Assembly: GCA_002104905.1 (NCBI GenBank)
Contig: MCFE01000023.1
Coordinates: forward strand, 168,615 to 232,614
Reading direction: 5' to 3'
Source: Basidiobolus meristosporus CBS 931.73
Taxonomy: Eukaryota > Fungi > Basidiobolomycota
Length of the DNA stretch: 64,000 nt
Below the pieces are notes generated by a model. It did no database searches, was not told where the DNA came from, and saw only the letters and a list, made by a program, of their open reading frames with translations. A program made the position numbers and the translations under genes. Position 1 is the stretch's first letter, and every line of letters starts with the position of its first letter. Positions 37,548 through 49,920 of this stretch are shown piece after piece.

Positions 37548-40036
37548 TTAGCCACAAGAGTCACACAACCTCCCTGAACCATTCGGGTCTTTACGCCACT
37601 CGACGGAATCCTTACGCAGACACACGGCACAGTAGCGATTGTTGTTCTTTCGCTTACGCTTGAATCAAAAGTGAGTCCTAGGCCTGATCCCAGTCGTTGG
37701 CATCTTGGTGATCAACTACTAACCTTTCTTCCGTGAGACCCCTCAAAACTTTCTAGCTCATCTCGAAGCTTCTTGTTCGCTATCCTCAGCTGGTGCAGCT
37801 CATATTGCCAGTTTGTCTGATTGTCAATGGAGAGCATGGAAAACATGTTGTCGGTTTCCGAGGCAATTTGATTGGTGAGGGGGGAGGGTGCGGAGGAGGA
37901 TACATCCGAGCTTTCTGAAGAGCCTTCATCATCAATCGGAATAACCTTTGACTGGCACAAAATAAACGGAACATCGTCTTCATTCTCTTGTGTGCTTGGA
38001 TAAAAGGTGCTGACAACGTCGATATATTGCCCCTTGCAGTCCTGAAAACTATGCTGGAGCTTCACCGTGATGCCCTCCCTAGCTTGCTGTAGAGCGCGAG
38101 TAAGTGCCGTGGTTCTGTTCGACCGAACACACTGATATAGAGATGTTCCTTTCAAGTCGTCCGGTGCAATACTGATGCTGGAGCGGCAAAAGCTAGTGAC
38201 ATGCGTGATCATCCCATCTAAAGAAAGCTTAGTCCAAAACTCATTGTCTGTTAGGCCACCACACCCCTCAACAACTTCCCGGGAAAGTCTGTACATTGGC
38301 CGAGGTCTGCCAGACAGAATAGCATATTTCCGGACTTTACTTTTGTCGTGGTAAATTCGGCCGCTAGCCTCAAACCACATATATCCAGATTTCTTCCGCT
38401 TGATTCGATATACTAAACTGATCGAGTCTGCATCATTCGAAACCTCCTTGAGCTCACGAAGCACTGGTATCAAGTCATTTGGCTGGCAAATAGAAGACAA
38501 ACTCGTGCTGACTAGCTCCTCTGGTTCATATTCCAGCATTCTTTTGCAACTGGGCGAGCAGTAGAGAAAGACCCCCTTGAGGGAAAGTACATGAATGAAA
38601 TCGTCCGATTCTTCCAAGAGGACCATGTTCCACATACGAGCGGCCGTCTCTTCATCTACTTGGGATGATACTCCCAATATATCAAATATATCCTTTGATG
38701 CTACAAAGGTATCTGATATGGCGGGGGAACAATGCACGGACGCATCAATGTTACCTATTCCAACGTTGTTGCTAAGCAACGACATGGTAGGTATAGGTGA
38801 TGAAAACCCGGGGTGATAAGTTCCCTCTATAAAAGAATGTATTACTGAACAGAACCTGTAGAAATAGCAAATTATGATCCAATGAATTACCTCTCATCTT
38901 TTCCAGGATAATATGAGGCTGCTCCACCATATCCTAAGCAACAAAAGGTTACTTTAGAGTGATGCTCGGGATCGATATGTATACCATCTAATAGTTACCA
39001 CTAGAAACCCTACGAAATGGGTAATCTCGTCGCCATACAACGAAATTGGGATAATAGTTACAAGATTAACAAAAGGCTGCACACGAAGTTAATTTCGTAA
39101 TGTCGGGATAGAGCTAGATTATGGTTGCATCTCTGACCTGCCCTCCTTTCTTGTAATTTACTAACGAAATCTGAATCTCTTTCGCCTGCTGTATGTGGTT
39201 TTTGATGTCCCAGATGGCATTATTGTCGGTAAAACGTCTTCGAGACCCAAGTGTGACCTGACCATCAGGCGCTTGAAGGAACCGGCAATTTCTACCAACT
39301 ACCTCCGCAGAGCTGTACCCTGTTAATTTTTCGAATGACTGGCTAGCATACACTATCGGGAAATCAAATCGGCGTGCATCGACTAAATCCACCACAACCA
39401 CGAAAAATCCATCATCCAGACTTAGATTCGATTGACAATGAATAGATCATAATGCAATCCTCATTACTTACCCGCAATGAATGCACACCCCATATCAATT
39501 GGTCCGATATGAATTTGAGGATTTGGCCTTAACACAGAAGGAACGCTTTAGTGAAATGGCCATCTGAGGGCGTGGAAGATATTAAATTTACCGTGTGACA
39601 ACTTTGGACTGGAAATCAATGTTAGATTCAGTATTAAACAGGAGATTCCAATTCGAAGCATACCAGTACAGTGATCATATCAAACCCGGAACTGGAGTAC
39701 AGGCCTGGAAAATTGCTAAGTGCACTTGGAGGTGTTTCTGTGATAAAGCAAGGATATTGCGTGAGATATGATTTATGAGGAAAGGTATGATTATCTAGGG
39801 TGTAGCGCTTACCAGAATCCTCTAAAACGTCTGGATTTTTGGAAGCTCCATTGATGGGCTTATTTAGACCATTACTTTTTGGACTAACCCTCCCAGCTTT
39901 AAAGGCTGCCGCCGCCGCCAAAGTATCTAGGCAATTATCAGGGGAGCCCTGTTGCTCACTTTCTCCACTGGAGGTAGAGTTTTTCTGGGAAAGTGACCTC
40001 ATAGAAGAAGAAGAACCAGTATCTCTATAAAACATA
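37548..40036 (-). CDS. White collar-1/MadA-type blue-light photoreceptor (LOV-PAS-PAS-NLS-GATA finger)
   Basis: GLYSSSGFDM, RPNPQIHIGPIDM, LOV GRNCRFLQ, two PAS domains; extra exon 37548-37658 after intron 37659-37723 gives RKRKRK..CAVC-x18-CDSCG*. Confidence 0.92.
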
Positions 40037-41890
40037 TCCAAATATTAGTTTGACTTCTTCGATTAGAAATAAGAGAGGAGTCTAAGTTCTTTTGCGGCAT
40101 ATAACTATAGCTGGTCTGTGGGTGGGGAGGGGTTGGCTATATTGCATGATACTCTTCCAGGAACTAACCAATATACTTGTTATGAAGAGGTGGAAATTGA
40201 CACTCACGGATCAGAGCCATTTCTTTGGCTTGTCAAGTATGATTTGTCGTTGGATGTCGATAACTCGGTGCTTCCGTTTAACCCAGGACTTGGATCATAT
40301 TGTGAAGCGGAGTCTGAAGGAAGTAGTAAATTGTCAAGATCAGATTCGTCTCGGGACATGAAGTAAAAGAATAATAGCGGAAGAGAAGTGTCGTATGGTT
40401 GTACTAGGTACTGAAAAATACCAGGAACATAGAATAATGAAAAGGTTACAAAATAAGGGGTATAGCTCTAGGAGAATTAAACGATACGAACAGGAGAAAG
40501 AAAGAGAACCAAGTGATGTATAAGTTCAACTGTCAAGGGTAAAAAGCAGTTCAAGTTAGTATTGAAACACGAAGAACGGCTGTTTTGGGTGGAAGTTGGT
40601 ATATATAGTGTTCAATAATACGTCGATTTCAAGCAAGTTATGATAGTGCCGACCAGAAAAGTGAAGTAGGTAAATATCTTCTCGATGCTAGGCTCATGAG
40701 ATATTTTACCCAGATTGTTTCATTTTGTTGTGCAATAGAAATATATGAGCATTTATCAATCTAATTAATGGAAAGTTCAGGAAAAAGGAGAGCAAGTATG
40801 ATCGGTGATAGATGGAGGTCGCCGATGACTACACACCAGGTTGTATCGATCATAGATAAAGGCGAAAAGTTCGATGTGCGTGGAAAGGTGAGTTATGTCA
40901 TGTAGCCAAAATTGTCATATGATGCAACGTATCTGCATCAATATGGCTAGACAAAATAATGGAGAGCCTCGCCCCAATGAATGTCGTGCCCCAGATACAA
41001 ATCCCAATTGTCATTCGACAGAATTCCCTTCTGATTGTATGCTATGGTATGGTATAGCTATTCATAGGAGATCGTATCATGCCTGTGCGCACACGATCCG
41101 ATCCTGATGAAAGTGTGGCTCGATTTTCCGGTCCACACAACGGACATGCAATCAACGTTGTACCATAAGGGTAATATTATCGATCGGCAGAATCCAGATC
41201 TGAATTTAAAGTATTGGTTCAAGCGTTGAAATGTACCCACTTCTTTTCCCAATGGGTTGGAGTTAAGCATTGGGTCGACACTGAGATCTCTAGAATACGC
41301 TGGGGCCTCAAAGAAACCCTAGAAACGCTGGAGCGCTTTTTGGAGATGCTGAGGATATATGTGTGGAAAAGTGGATATGGATGGCGTTTACAAGTGCTCG
41401 TACATCTTCACCAAAATGCAAAGATACCCATTAAGCTTTTCCCACTCACTCACGAAACTTCTTCAGTTGCAGCCCTCTGTTTAACCAACAAATTGCCATG
41501 CTTCGAGAATCAACGTCCAAGAAGCTTGGGTAGTGGGGGCATTTCCTAATTTGTGACACCACAAAGATACACTTGTCAGACAAGTTTGGTAAGCGACGAT
41601 GTGCTGGGCGTTTTGCGACGATGTGTTGTAACCTTATAGCTAGAAAATCGCCCAATCCATTCATAATGAAGTCTGGTGCATTAGAAGTGGTTGTGCGTCA
41701 TCAATGGCAAACCTAAATACGTCAATTTATGCGCTGACAATGATGGGAAAATGGGACATTCAGAGTTCCAGGAGAGAATTAATTGGCTGTATTTCTCTGG
41801 AAATCCAATTTCGGTTCAGGCAACCATCATATAAATGGCTGTATCAACTCGCATGGCATTACGACCACCTAATACCAACGCAGCCTGATT

Positions 41891-43440
41891 ATGACCCTAC
41901 AAAACTTTTTTGAATATATCGACCAACACAAGGGAGATTGCATTAAGCGTTTGGCAGAAATAGTAGCCATCCCTAGGTAACTTGAGGTTCGGTTTTCCTC
42001 CTGATTAGTGCCCGGTTCTTATGTTCAACGTCTCCCAGCGTCTCCGCCGAGGTCGGTAAAAGAGAGGATGTCATTCGTATGGGTGTCTGGATAAAGACCG
42101 AGTTAGAGAGGCTCGGTGCTGAGTATGTTTCTCGAAAGCACTGAAAAACTGCACCTGACTGAACTAATCAGTTCTAAAATAGAACAAAACGCGTTGACCC
42201 AGGTATGCAAACCATTGATGGCCAGGAGATTCCGTACCCTCCGGTGATCCTTGGCTCACTTGGTAACGATCCTAACAAAAAAACCGTCTTGGTCTATGGT
42301 CACTATGACGTTCAGCCTGCTTTGCAAGCGGATGGGTGGAGCACCGACCCATTTACTCTTACTGAAAAAGATGGACGTCTGTACGGCCGTGGATCAACCG
42401 ACGATAAGGGACCAGTTCTTGGATGGTTTTTAATGATCGATGCCCATCAAAAGCTCGGACTCGAATTACCTGTTAATATCAAGCTGTGCTTCGAAGGCAT
42501 GGAGGAAAGTGGCTCTGAAGGGTTAGACGAAGTAATTGAGCAGGAGGCTGGCGGGTGGTTCAAAGATGTTGACTGTGTTTGTATCAGTGACAACTACTGG
42601 CTAGGGCGTAACAAACCATGCCTTACATATGGGCTTCGCGGCGTATCTTATTTCAGAATAGTGGTGACTGGTCCTGGAGCCGATCTTCATTCAGGGGTCT
42701 TTGGGGGTGCAGTTCATGAACCGATGACCGACTTGGTTCATTTGATGAGTAAACTTGTCACGCCTCAAGGCAGAATTCTTATCCCTGGACTGATGGACGA
42801 AGTTGCCGCATTGACCGAAGAGGAGAAGGCTACGTACGAAACATTGGATTTCAGTGTTGAGGATTTGCAATCATCGATTGGAGCTAAAAATAATATTCAC
42901 CAAGACGTGCCGAGCATCTTAATGGCCCGTTGGAGATATCCATCCCTTTCTCTTCACGGAATTGAGGGTGCATTCTACAGCCCAGGCCAAAAAACTGTCA
43001 TCCCAGCCAAGGTTTCCGGGAAATTCTCCATCCGTACTGTCCCACATATGACAGTAGATAAAGTGACAGAGCTTGTGTGTGAATACGTTAAGAAGGAATT
43101 TAGCAAGCTTGGCTCAAAGAACCAGCTGTTGGTTGAATGCATGCATGCTGGACGCCCTTGGATGAGCTCACCCAACCATTGGAACTATGTGGCCGGGGCG
43201 CAAGCAGTGAAAAAGGTGTTTGGTGTCGAACCTGATCTCACCCGTGAAGGATGCTCCATCCCAGTCACGTTAACTTTCCAAGAGGTCCTCAACAAGAACG
43301 TGCTTCTGTTGCCAGTGGGTGCTTGTGACGATGGTGCACACTCAATCAATGAAAAGCTGAACGTCACTAATTACATTGAAGGAATTAAACTTCTTGGCGC
43401 CTATTGTCATGAGTTGGCCACAGTTGAGAAGACTGATTGA
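41891..43440 (+). CDS. DUG1: M20 Cys-Gly metallodipeptidase Dug1/CNDP2
   Basis: [49 protein letters not shown]; ATG 41891 plus two short upstream exons. Confidence 0.93.
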
Positions 43441-43646
43441 TGCTGCTCCTGGTTCTTGTAAACACAGCGCATACATCCGACATATCACCCCCTAACCATA
43501 AGTGGCTGTTTTTCTCGTCAGCCGGATTCGTGCATTTCGTTTGGATGTGCATGCATAATTACATGTTCAGTAGCAGATGAATAAAAATCGTATGTCAATT
43601 TATTAATGATTAATATTGATTGGGGATGTGAATTGGAATTATATCA

Positions 43647-44324
43647 CTATGCTTTCTTGACGGAGCCGTTGGCACTAACAACCAGGTTCTTGCGCTTGTT
43701 GAATAAGCTCATTCCATCATCATTCCACTTATAGTAGAACTCTCCCACGGTGGGCTTTCCTTTGACATTGGCGACAAGCAGCTCCTTTCCTTTGACAGAG
43801 CCTCCCTTCTTGCCACCAGTGATCTCGATGTCGGAGCAACTCATGTAGTATTCACGGAATCCTTGAGCATTGATCCAGGTCCAAGCAAAGACCGCATGTT
43901 TAGTAGGAGGGGCATCGGCGGGAATGGTGATGCTAAACTTCTTTCCACTACTGGTAAGGCATCCATAGAAGACATCCTTGAGGACCACGAAATTCTTGCC
44001 ATCATCATACGACAAGGCGAACTGGCAATGGCCACCTTGATGAGTGTTGGGGCCAGTAATCTCGACTGGAATAGACTTTCCGGCCTTAGCGACATACTGA
44101 TTGGGACCCTTAGGCCAGCCATGGCAAGGGTAAGTACGAGTACCTCCATAGCGTCTTGCAAGGCCTAGGGGAGAGGCGAGATCCCAGTCGGGTTGATTCT
44201 TTCGGTAATAAGGACTGAATTGCGAATGTCTGGGATACGGAAACTTCATTTCCATATGTGCGAGAGCAGATCCGCTCATGGCGATCACCAGGAAAGCCAA
44301 CAAGAAAAACTTGGAATTAAACAT
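43647..44324 (-). CDS. Secreted AA11-type lytic polysaccharide monooxygenase
   Basis: 22-aa signal peptide then His1 (HMEM), second His in THQGGHCQFALSYD, FAWTWIN..REYYMSCSDI with axial Tyr. Confidence 0.85.
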   Translation of the reverse strand: MFNSKFFLLAFLVIAMSGSALAHMEMKFPYPRHSQFSPYYRKNQPDWDLASPLGLARRYGGTRTYPCHGWPKGPNQYVAKAGKSIPVEITGPNTHQGGHCQFALSYDDGKNFVVLKDVFYGCLTSSGKKFSITIPADAPPTKHAVFAWTWINAQGFREYYMSCSDIEITGGKKGGSVKGKELLVANVKGKPTVGEFYYKWNDDGMSLFNKRKNLVVSANGSVKKA

Positions 44325-45073
44325 TGAAGAAAGAGAGTTGATGTCTGTGTTTGAAATGCAGCACGCCCTATATATATGCTCCAGTGCCGTTCTTTCTTCA
44401 TGGTCAAGAGGCAAATCAGAATCTGCCAATGGTGTATGAATATTGAAAACTCGTGTAGAAGTAATAGAAGTCAAGCACCCCGTTTATTGTCATACATTAG
44501 GTACCTTTAATCTTCGATTGGAAAATCATATCTGCTATCTGACTGGGCCAGCAACTTGTTCCTAGACACACGTTGCTACAACTAATAAGAACGACCAGGT
44601 ACATATCTCGGCTTTATTGTCGCACTTGCAGAAATCCAGGTGCCACATAAAAGCTTATCTTGTGTACTCCATTGTTCAATACTGAGTTTCATATAATTGG
44701 ATGATATTTCAAGTATTAGCCTGAATCCATTTAAGCTTAATCTCTTGTTGGGAGTCTGGGAGTAAGACTATACTCTAAATGAATCCATTTGTGGTACATG
44801 TATGCACTCTCAATAATTTAACCAATTCCACTGAAACCCTCCTATTTTCAATCGAAATAGATACCATATCTGCATCGAGCTCTACGCAAGTAGCAAATTG
44901 AACCCTGGTGTTAAGGTAATCATGATCAGCCCTGGAACCTGCCTAACTAAAGCCACTATCATTGGAGTTTGTCTAACTATAATCATCATCCCAAGTAATA
45001 TTCAAACTGATATGGTAGGCAGAAGATGGATTTTATTTACATGTATCACTGTTCTGTCTAGTAATTTTCCGGG

Positions 45074-45295
45074 TTAGTTCTTAAGATAGTTGCGGTTACG
45101 GTCCTCAAGCTTGGGATCGCTCACAGCTGGGTTTTGCACTCGCCCAGCAGATCCGCCTTCTCTGGGGTTGCCGTTCTCATCCACATCGGCGAGGCGTTGA
45201 GCTTCACGCTTGGCGACTTCTTCTTGAGAAGGAGGCTGGATCTTGTGGATTTCCTCTTTGGTAGCGATGTTGTCTCCGATAAAGTTGCGTTCCAT
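45074..45295 (-). CDS. Small hydrophilic (hydrophilin/LEA-like) protein, 73 aa
   Basis: ATG in CACAATG context, TATATAA at 45350-45356 on minus strand, charged/Gly-rich sequence without Cys/Trp. Confidence 0.65.
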   Translation of the reverse strand: MERNFIGDNIATKEEIHKIQPPSQEEVAKREAQRLADVDENGNPREGGSAGRVQNPAVSDPKLEDRNRNYLKN

Positions 45296-45750
45296 TGTGA
45301 TTGTTGTTGAAAAGTGTTGACTGTTGCATCTCGCTCTGCACTCACACCCTTATATACCCTATGAATAGTCCATGTTCATACTCGGTGTACATGCCTGACA
45401 TCATGTCATCGATTTGATGACCTCATAAATCAGTAATGCCGATGCAAACTACTCCAATTATGTCCAATTCCCTGCAGTGCTATGTCAGATTCCCCACAGT
45501 GTTATGTAATATTTGCTGTGTCGGTAGCGACCTTGAAGCAAATGGTAATAGTCATTTAAATTTCTTTTGAAACAGGAAGCAATGTTTACTTGAATCCCTC
45601 TGCTTATATGAATCCGGATATAGTCAAGCAATGACGCTGCGAAGTGCCAATTCGATGTTTTAATATCTCTGGCTGCTTTCGTCAAAGCTATATAAGCGAG
45701 AAATTCTGATCGAAGTCTTCAATCGAATACATCTCAACCATTCAAGAAAA

Positions 45751-45945
45751 ATGAACTCCCAACAATCTGCCCAAGCCCAAAACACCGCTTCCAAGGTCCC
45801 ATCCCAGGCCCACACTCAAAATGAATCTCTCGAGAAGAAGGAATCTTGGCAAAACACCGACCAACGTGTATACACCGGAGAAAACGATCAGCAAGGAGTC
45901 GTTGGTAAACTCGAGAAGGACTTCGAGCAGGAGAAGAAGCAGTAA
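45751..45945 (+). CDS. Small hydrophilic (hydrophilin-like) protein, 64 aa
   Basis: TATATAA at 45689-45695, AAAAATG context, AATAAA after stop; Q/E/K/N-rich. Confidence 0.7.
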   Translation: MNSQQSAQAQNTASKVPSQAHTQNESLEKKESWQNTDQRVYTGENDQQGVVGKLEKDFEQEKKQ

Positions 45946-46244
45946 TATATCAGCTTCACTGTAATAGAAATCAAATAAACAAAATTTCCATTTAAACTTA
46001 TCTATATTTATGCGTTTACTGTAATGGTGGCGATTGGAATCATGCTGGAGTGATAGTCAATGATGTCATGTGAGTAGCAGTTTGAATCAAGCCTATGAAA
46101 AAATTTCGATCCAGAGCCAATCACACGATGTATGCTACTATGATTAAGTGCCAGTCTCATGGGGGATATAATCCCCCCAATTCTTGTAGAGGGTAGAAAT
46201 ATTCTCTATCCCGAGACTTGTTGCAACCTCACCAGTTTAGAAAG

Positions 46245-46715
46245 ATGCTTCGCAATCTCGTTAATCCTACACTCATTGTGCGTAAGCAAGTCTTGACTCC
46301 TCAGAGAGCACTAGGAAGCGTTCGTCGTTACCACGAAAAAGTTATTGATCACTACGAACGCCCCCGTAATGTTGGGTCCCTTCCTAAAAACGATCCCACT
46401 GTAGGTACTGGTTTAGTAGGTGCACCTGCCTGCGGTGATGTTATGAAGTTGCAGATTAAGGTGGATGATGCCAGCGGTAAGATCGTTGACGTCAAATTCA
46501 AAACTTTCGGCTGTGGGTCGGCTATCGCTTCTTCCAGTTATGTAACTGAGCGTATTCGGGGTCTTAGTTTGGACGATGCTAGCAAGGTTCGTAACACGGA
46601 AATTGCAAAAGAACTCTGCCTTCCACCAGTAAAGCTCCATTGTTCCATGTTGGCTGAGGATGCCATTCGCTCTGCTATCAAAGATTACCAAAGAAAGAGA
46701 AACGTCCAACAATAA
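46245..46715 (+). CDS. ISU1: Mitochondrial Fe-S scaffold protein IscU/Isu1
   Basis: YHEKVIDHYERPRNVGS, GAPACGDVMKLQI, FKTFGCGSAIASSS, LPPVKLHCSMLAEDAI. Confidence 0.97.
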   Translation: MLRNLVNPTLIVRKQVLTPQRALGSVRRYHEKVIDHYERPRNVGSLPKNDPTVGTGLVGAPACGDVMKLQIKVDDASGKIVDVKFKTFGCGSAIASSSYVTERIRGLSLDDASKVRNTEIAKELCLPPVKLHCSMLAEDAIRSAIKDYQRKRNVQQ

Positions 46716-48134
46716 GCCAAACCATTTTCACATAAGCAGCCAGAATCCATACCACATCTTACTAACCACACTCATCAATATTCTATAACTTTCATATTTG
46801 CGACGGTTGTGTTGACCACACAAGCGTCATACTGTATATACACAGTGACTTTGCAATCTCTTTCGTGATTACTGGGTAATATTTCTCTATGTCTTTACTT
46901 CTAGCATTTACTAGAAATAAACTAGGATGTATTAGTGGTAATCTAAAATGGTCGCCAACTTCTTGAAACTGTCATTGCCAAAGATTCTGCTTTCCAGTGA
47001 AAATGTAGATACATATCTTGTATATCAGGAATGCAATTAATACAGTACACTACCGGTAGTAATGCAGATAATTGAGAATTTTTAAGCAATTTGTATATTC
47101 AGTTTGCAGTTTATTTTGATGTCAAGACGAGCAAACATCGCTCTGATTGATGCCTCTAGAGCGAGAAGTTCGGTAGGTTGTGGGCGGGGATTGAAATGAT
47201 TCTGGAAAATATTGGTAAGCAACTATTCAGCATTGTCAAGCTATTTGATCTACCTAGAGCTTAATTTTTCATTTTGCATGATTTGATAGACCAGAATATC
47301 GGCATAGGCATGCTGAATATATGTGAATCTCATTAGAATGCTAGGTGAATAAAATTATGGTATCAAGGATACAGCATTTTCGATTAAGAAATATGCCCTT
47401 TACAGATTGATTTTCTATGGCATTTAAGCTATCGGGAACCTATGTTTTCGTGCATTGTGCCGCCACGCAGTTGGATCTCCAGACAATAATAAAGCTAGAA
47501 ACGCTATCAATGAATAGCTCTTCTTCGGGAATGCAACCCTTGTAAGTCCTCTGAAGTCGAATGATAGGGTGCAAATCCGCTCCAAATACCTAGTGTAAAT
47601 TGATATTCACCAAGTTTGGCAGCAAAATGACGCAGTATTGGAATAGCACTACAGTAGCATTCTCCATTAAGACCCGGAAGTGGTATCACACCTCGTCATA
47701 ATGAACATAGTATATTTTCCCTTCGTCCAGTAACTGTTAAATAATTCGTTACCAAGCTTCAGAACGGAATATTTGGAAGTGCCGCCATGGACTATATTTA
47801 CAGACTTGATATATTTGATTGGGACTTCAGAAATCAGGCTGACCTTTTCATTCGCCTGTAGATACATCTCAAATAATAAAGCGCCCTACAATCGGAATGT
47901 GTGCTCCCCCTGTTTAGTGCGCAAGGATCACTTAACGGATGATACGTTCGAGCATTCCAAACGTCATTTACAGGAACACCATTTGCTGCTCAGCAATTCA
48001 CCAGCCCCATTCGAAATTAGCGCTGATATGGAATCCACAAGTTTGATTTCGCGGCAACTATATTGACTGTGGCTTGATGCTTTTATTTGATGTGTACTTA
48101 TGGATTATTTAAAATACGTGAAGTGTGTAAGAGT

Positions 48135-48207
48135 GGGGCGTTGGCCTAATGGATAAGGCATCAGACTTCGGATCTGGGGATTGTGGGTTCGAGTCCCATG
48201 CGCCTCG
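48135..48207 (+). tRNA. tRNA-Arg(TCG)
   Basis: Full 73-nt cloverleaf: acceptor GGGGCGT/GCGCCTC, anticodon arm TCAGA-CTTCGGA-TCTGG, T arm GTGGG-TTCGAGT-CCCAT. Confidence 0.95.
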
Positions 48208-48311
48208 TATATTTTGATGATGGAATAAAACATTACTTGTATAGGATTTTTGAAGCATCTTTGCCAACAAGGTAGTTGCCAGTAGGCCAACTTTAGGCAA
48301 AGTATTATTAA

Positions 48312-49920
48312 CAAGTAGAGATTCGGCCGGACCATTTGGTTATTTAACTAATTAAATACAATTGTTTTTTCTGGATGGGTGTCTTACTTCGTTTATTTCA
48401 TATCATATTCTGATAAACCAGAATCTGAATATTTATTTTTTGGAGTTGTTTTGATAATTCGTCATATTCGTTTTATCTTTTCTTAAGACTTAAACCATGC
48501 CTCCTGCCAGTAAACATCTTGATGTTAATGTGCGTGTATCAGTATTCAAGCGATTTATCAAACACAAGGAAGTCAAACGACTTTTATCTCTGCGTTTTGA
48601 CTGGAATACACCTGGTTTGAGCTTCAAGGGAGTTACCACTGCACGCTCAACAGTCAACGGCAATGTGAAATATGATGTCATTTTGGATCTGGTACCGGGG
48701 ATTACATTGACAAGCGATTAGTCAAGCCTTGGTTTGGTACTGGCCGTACGGTTATTGCTGACTCTTGGTTCGGATCCCCAAATATGACAATGATGCTGGC
48801 TGAACCTGGTCTGTATTCCATTATGCAAGTGACTAAACGATGCTACTGGCCATGTGGTATGCCCACCACCGATATTGTTGCTAGTATTGGCAACTTGTAT
48901 GGTGCTCACTTTACTATGAACAAGACAACAAGGAGCGGGAGAATCTTTGTCTGCGCCTACCGTGATTACAAGATCAAAGCATTTATTTCTTCTTGCAGCA
49001 CAACAAGGCTTACTGGACGGAGAACTTTTGTAGGGGACAATGGTGAAGTGATAACCATTCAGCGACCGGAAGTGGTTGAAGAATATGAGACCCATAAAAG
49101 TAAGTAGAATCCTGTCTTGAAGAAACAACATGTGCTCCATTTACTATATTTGTAGGTTCGGTTGATGCTGCTAATAACCTTCGAGATAATTTGACATCTT
49201 ATCATGATGTTATATCTACAGAAAGATGGGAGATGCGTTTCTACGGCTTCATCCTGGGTATCTGTGAAGCCAATGCCTATAGCTCTTATCGTACATTTTC
49301 TTATCAAAAGCGTGGCGTATCTCATTTCTCTTTCAAGGATATTTTAGCATACAATTTCTTGCAATATTGTAAGAATTTGGCCGGTTCAGACATCAAGGGG
49401 CCCTTGGGTAGTCAGAGGCAACTCAGAAGTGATGAAAATCACACTTACCTGTCGATGAGTAAAGGTTATGGCTCAAAGCGCCGTAGATTAGCTTGCAAAA
49501 CTTGTACTGCCGCTCATGTTACAGGCACTAAGGTTGAGTTTTCATGCAGTTGCAACCCTGGCCACCCAATGTGTAAAGACTGCTATACCAGACACTTGAA
49601 GGTGGTATATGAAAAAACAAATAATGCTCAATAATTCTTCGCAGTTAGTAGGATTGGCTATTAAATGTTTGAAATAAAATTGCTTAAAGCCATACCCATT
49701 ATTCATCAATGAAGTGTTAGACCATTTGGTCCAATTAAAATTTGCCAAAAGTTGCTTCAGTAAAGGCAATATAAGACAAAGTATTTGCAACCATTTTGAA
49801 AAAATCAAAATACCAGCACAAAGTGCATACCAGAGAGATTTCATAAACTTCATTTAGACTTCATATATCCTTGCTATGAGGTCAAAATAATTTAAATACA
49901 ATTGGGCTAATCTCTACTTG
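48312..49920 (+). mobile_element. piggyBac-family DNA transposon, 1609 bp, internally deleted (non-autonomous)
   Basis: TTAA at 48308-48311 and 49921-49924; perfect 12-bp TIRs CAAGTAGAGATT; transposase remnant inside. Confidence 0.9.
48497..49634 (+). pseudogene. piggyBac transposase remnant with a spliceosomal intron (49100-49155)
   Basis: GRTVIADSWFGSP, RPEVVEEYETHKS|SVDAANNLR, RWEMRFY, C-terminal CKTC..CSC..CKDCY..H; the N-terminal 74-aa ORF is out of frame and the first catalytic Asp region is missing. Confidence 0.85.

Noticed and set aside
40092-41700. Short ORFs upstream of WC-1
   Set aside because: No family motifs, stops in all frames, no consistent splice model.
48352-49904. 13-bp direct repeat TTAAATACAATTG near both piggyBac ends as a TSD
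   Set aside because: Both copies lie inside the true TTAA/TIR boundaries; at most a subterminal motif in AT-rich DNA.
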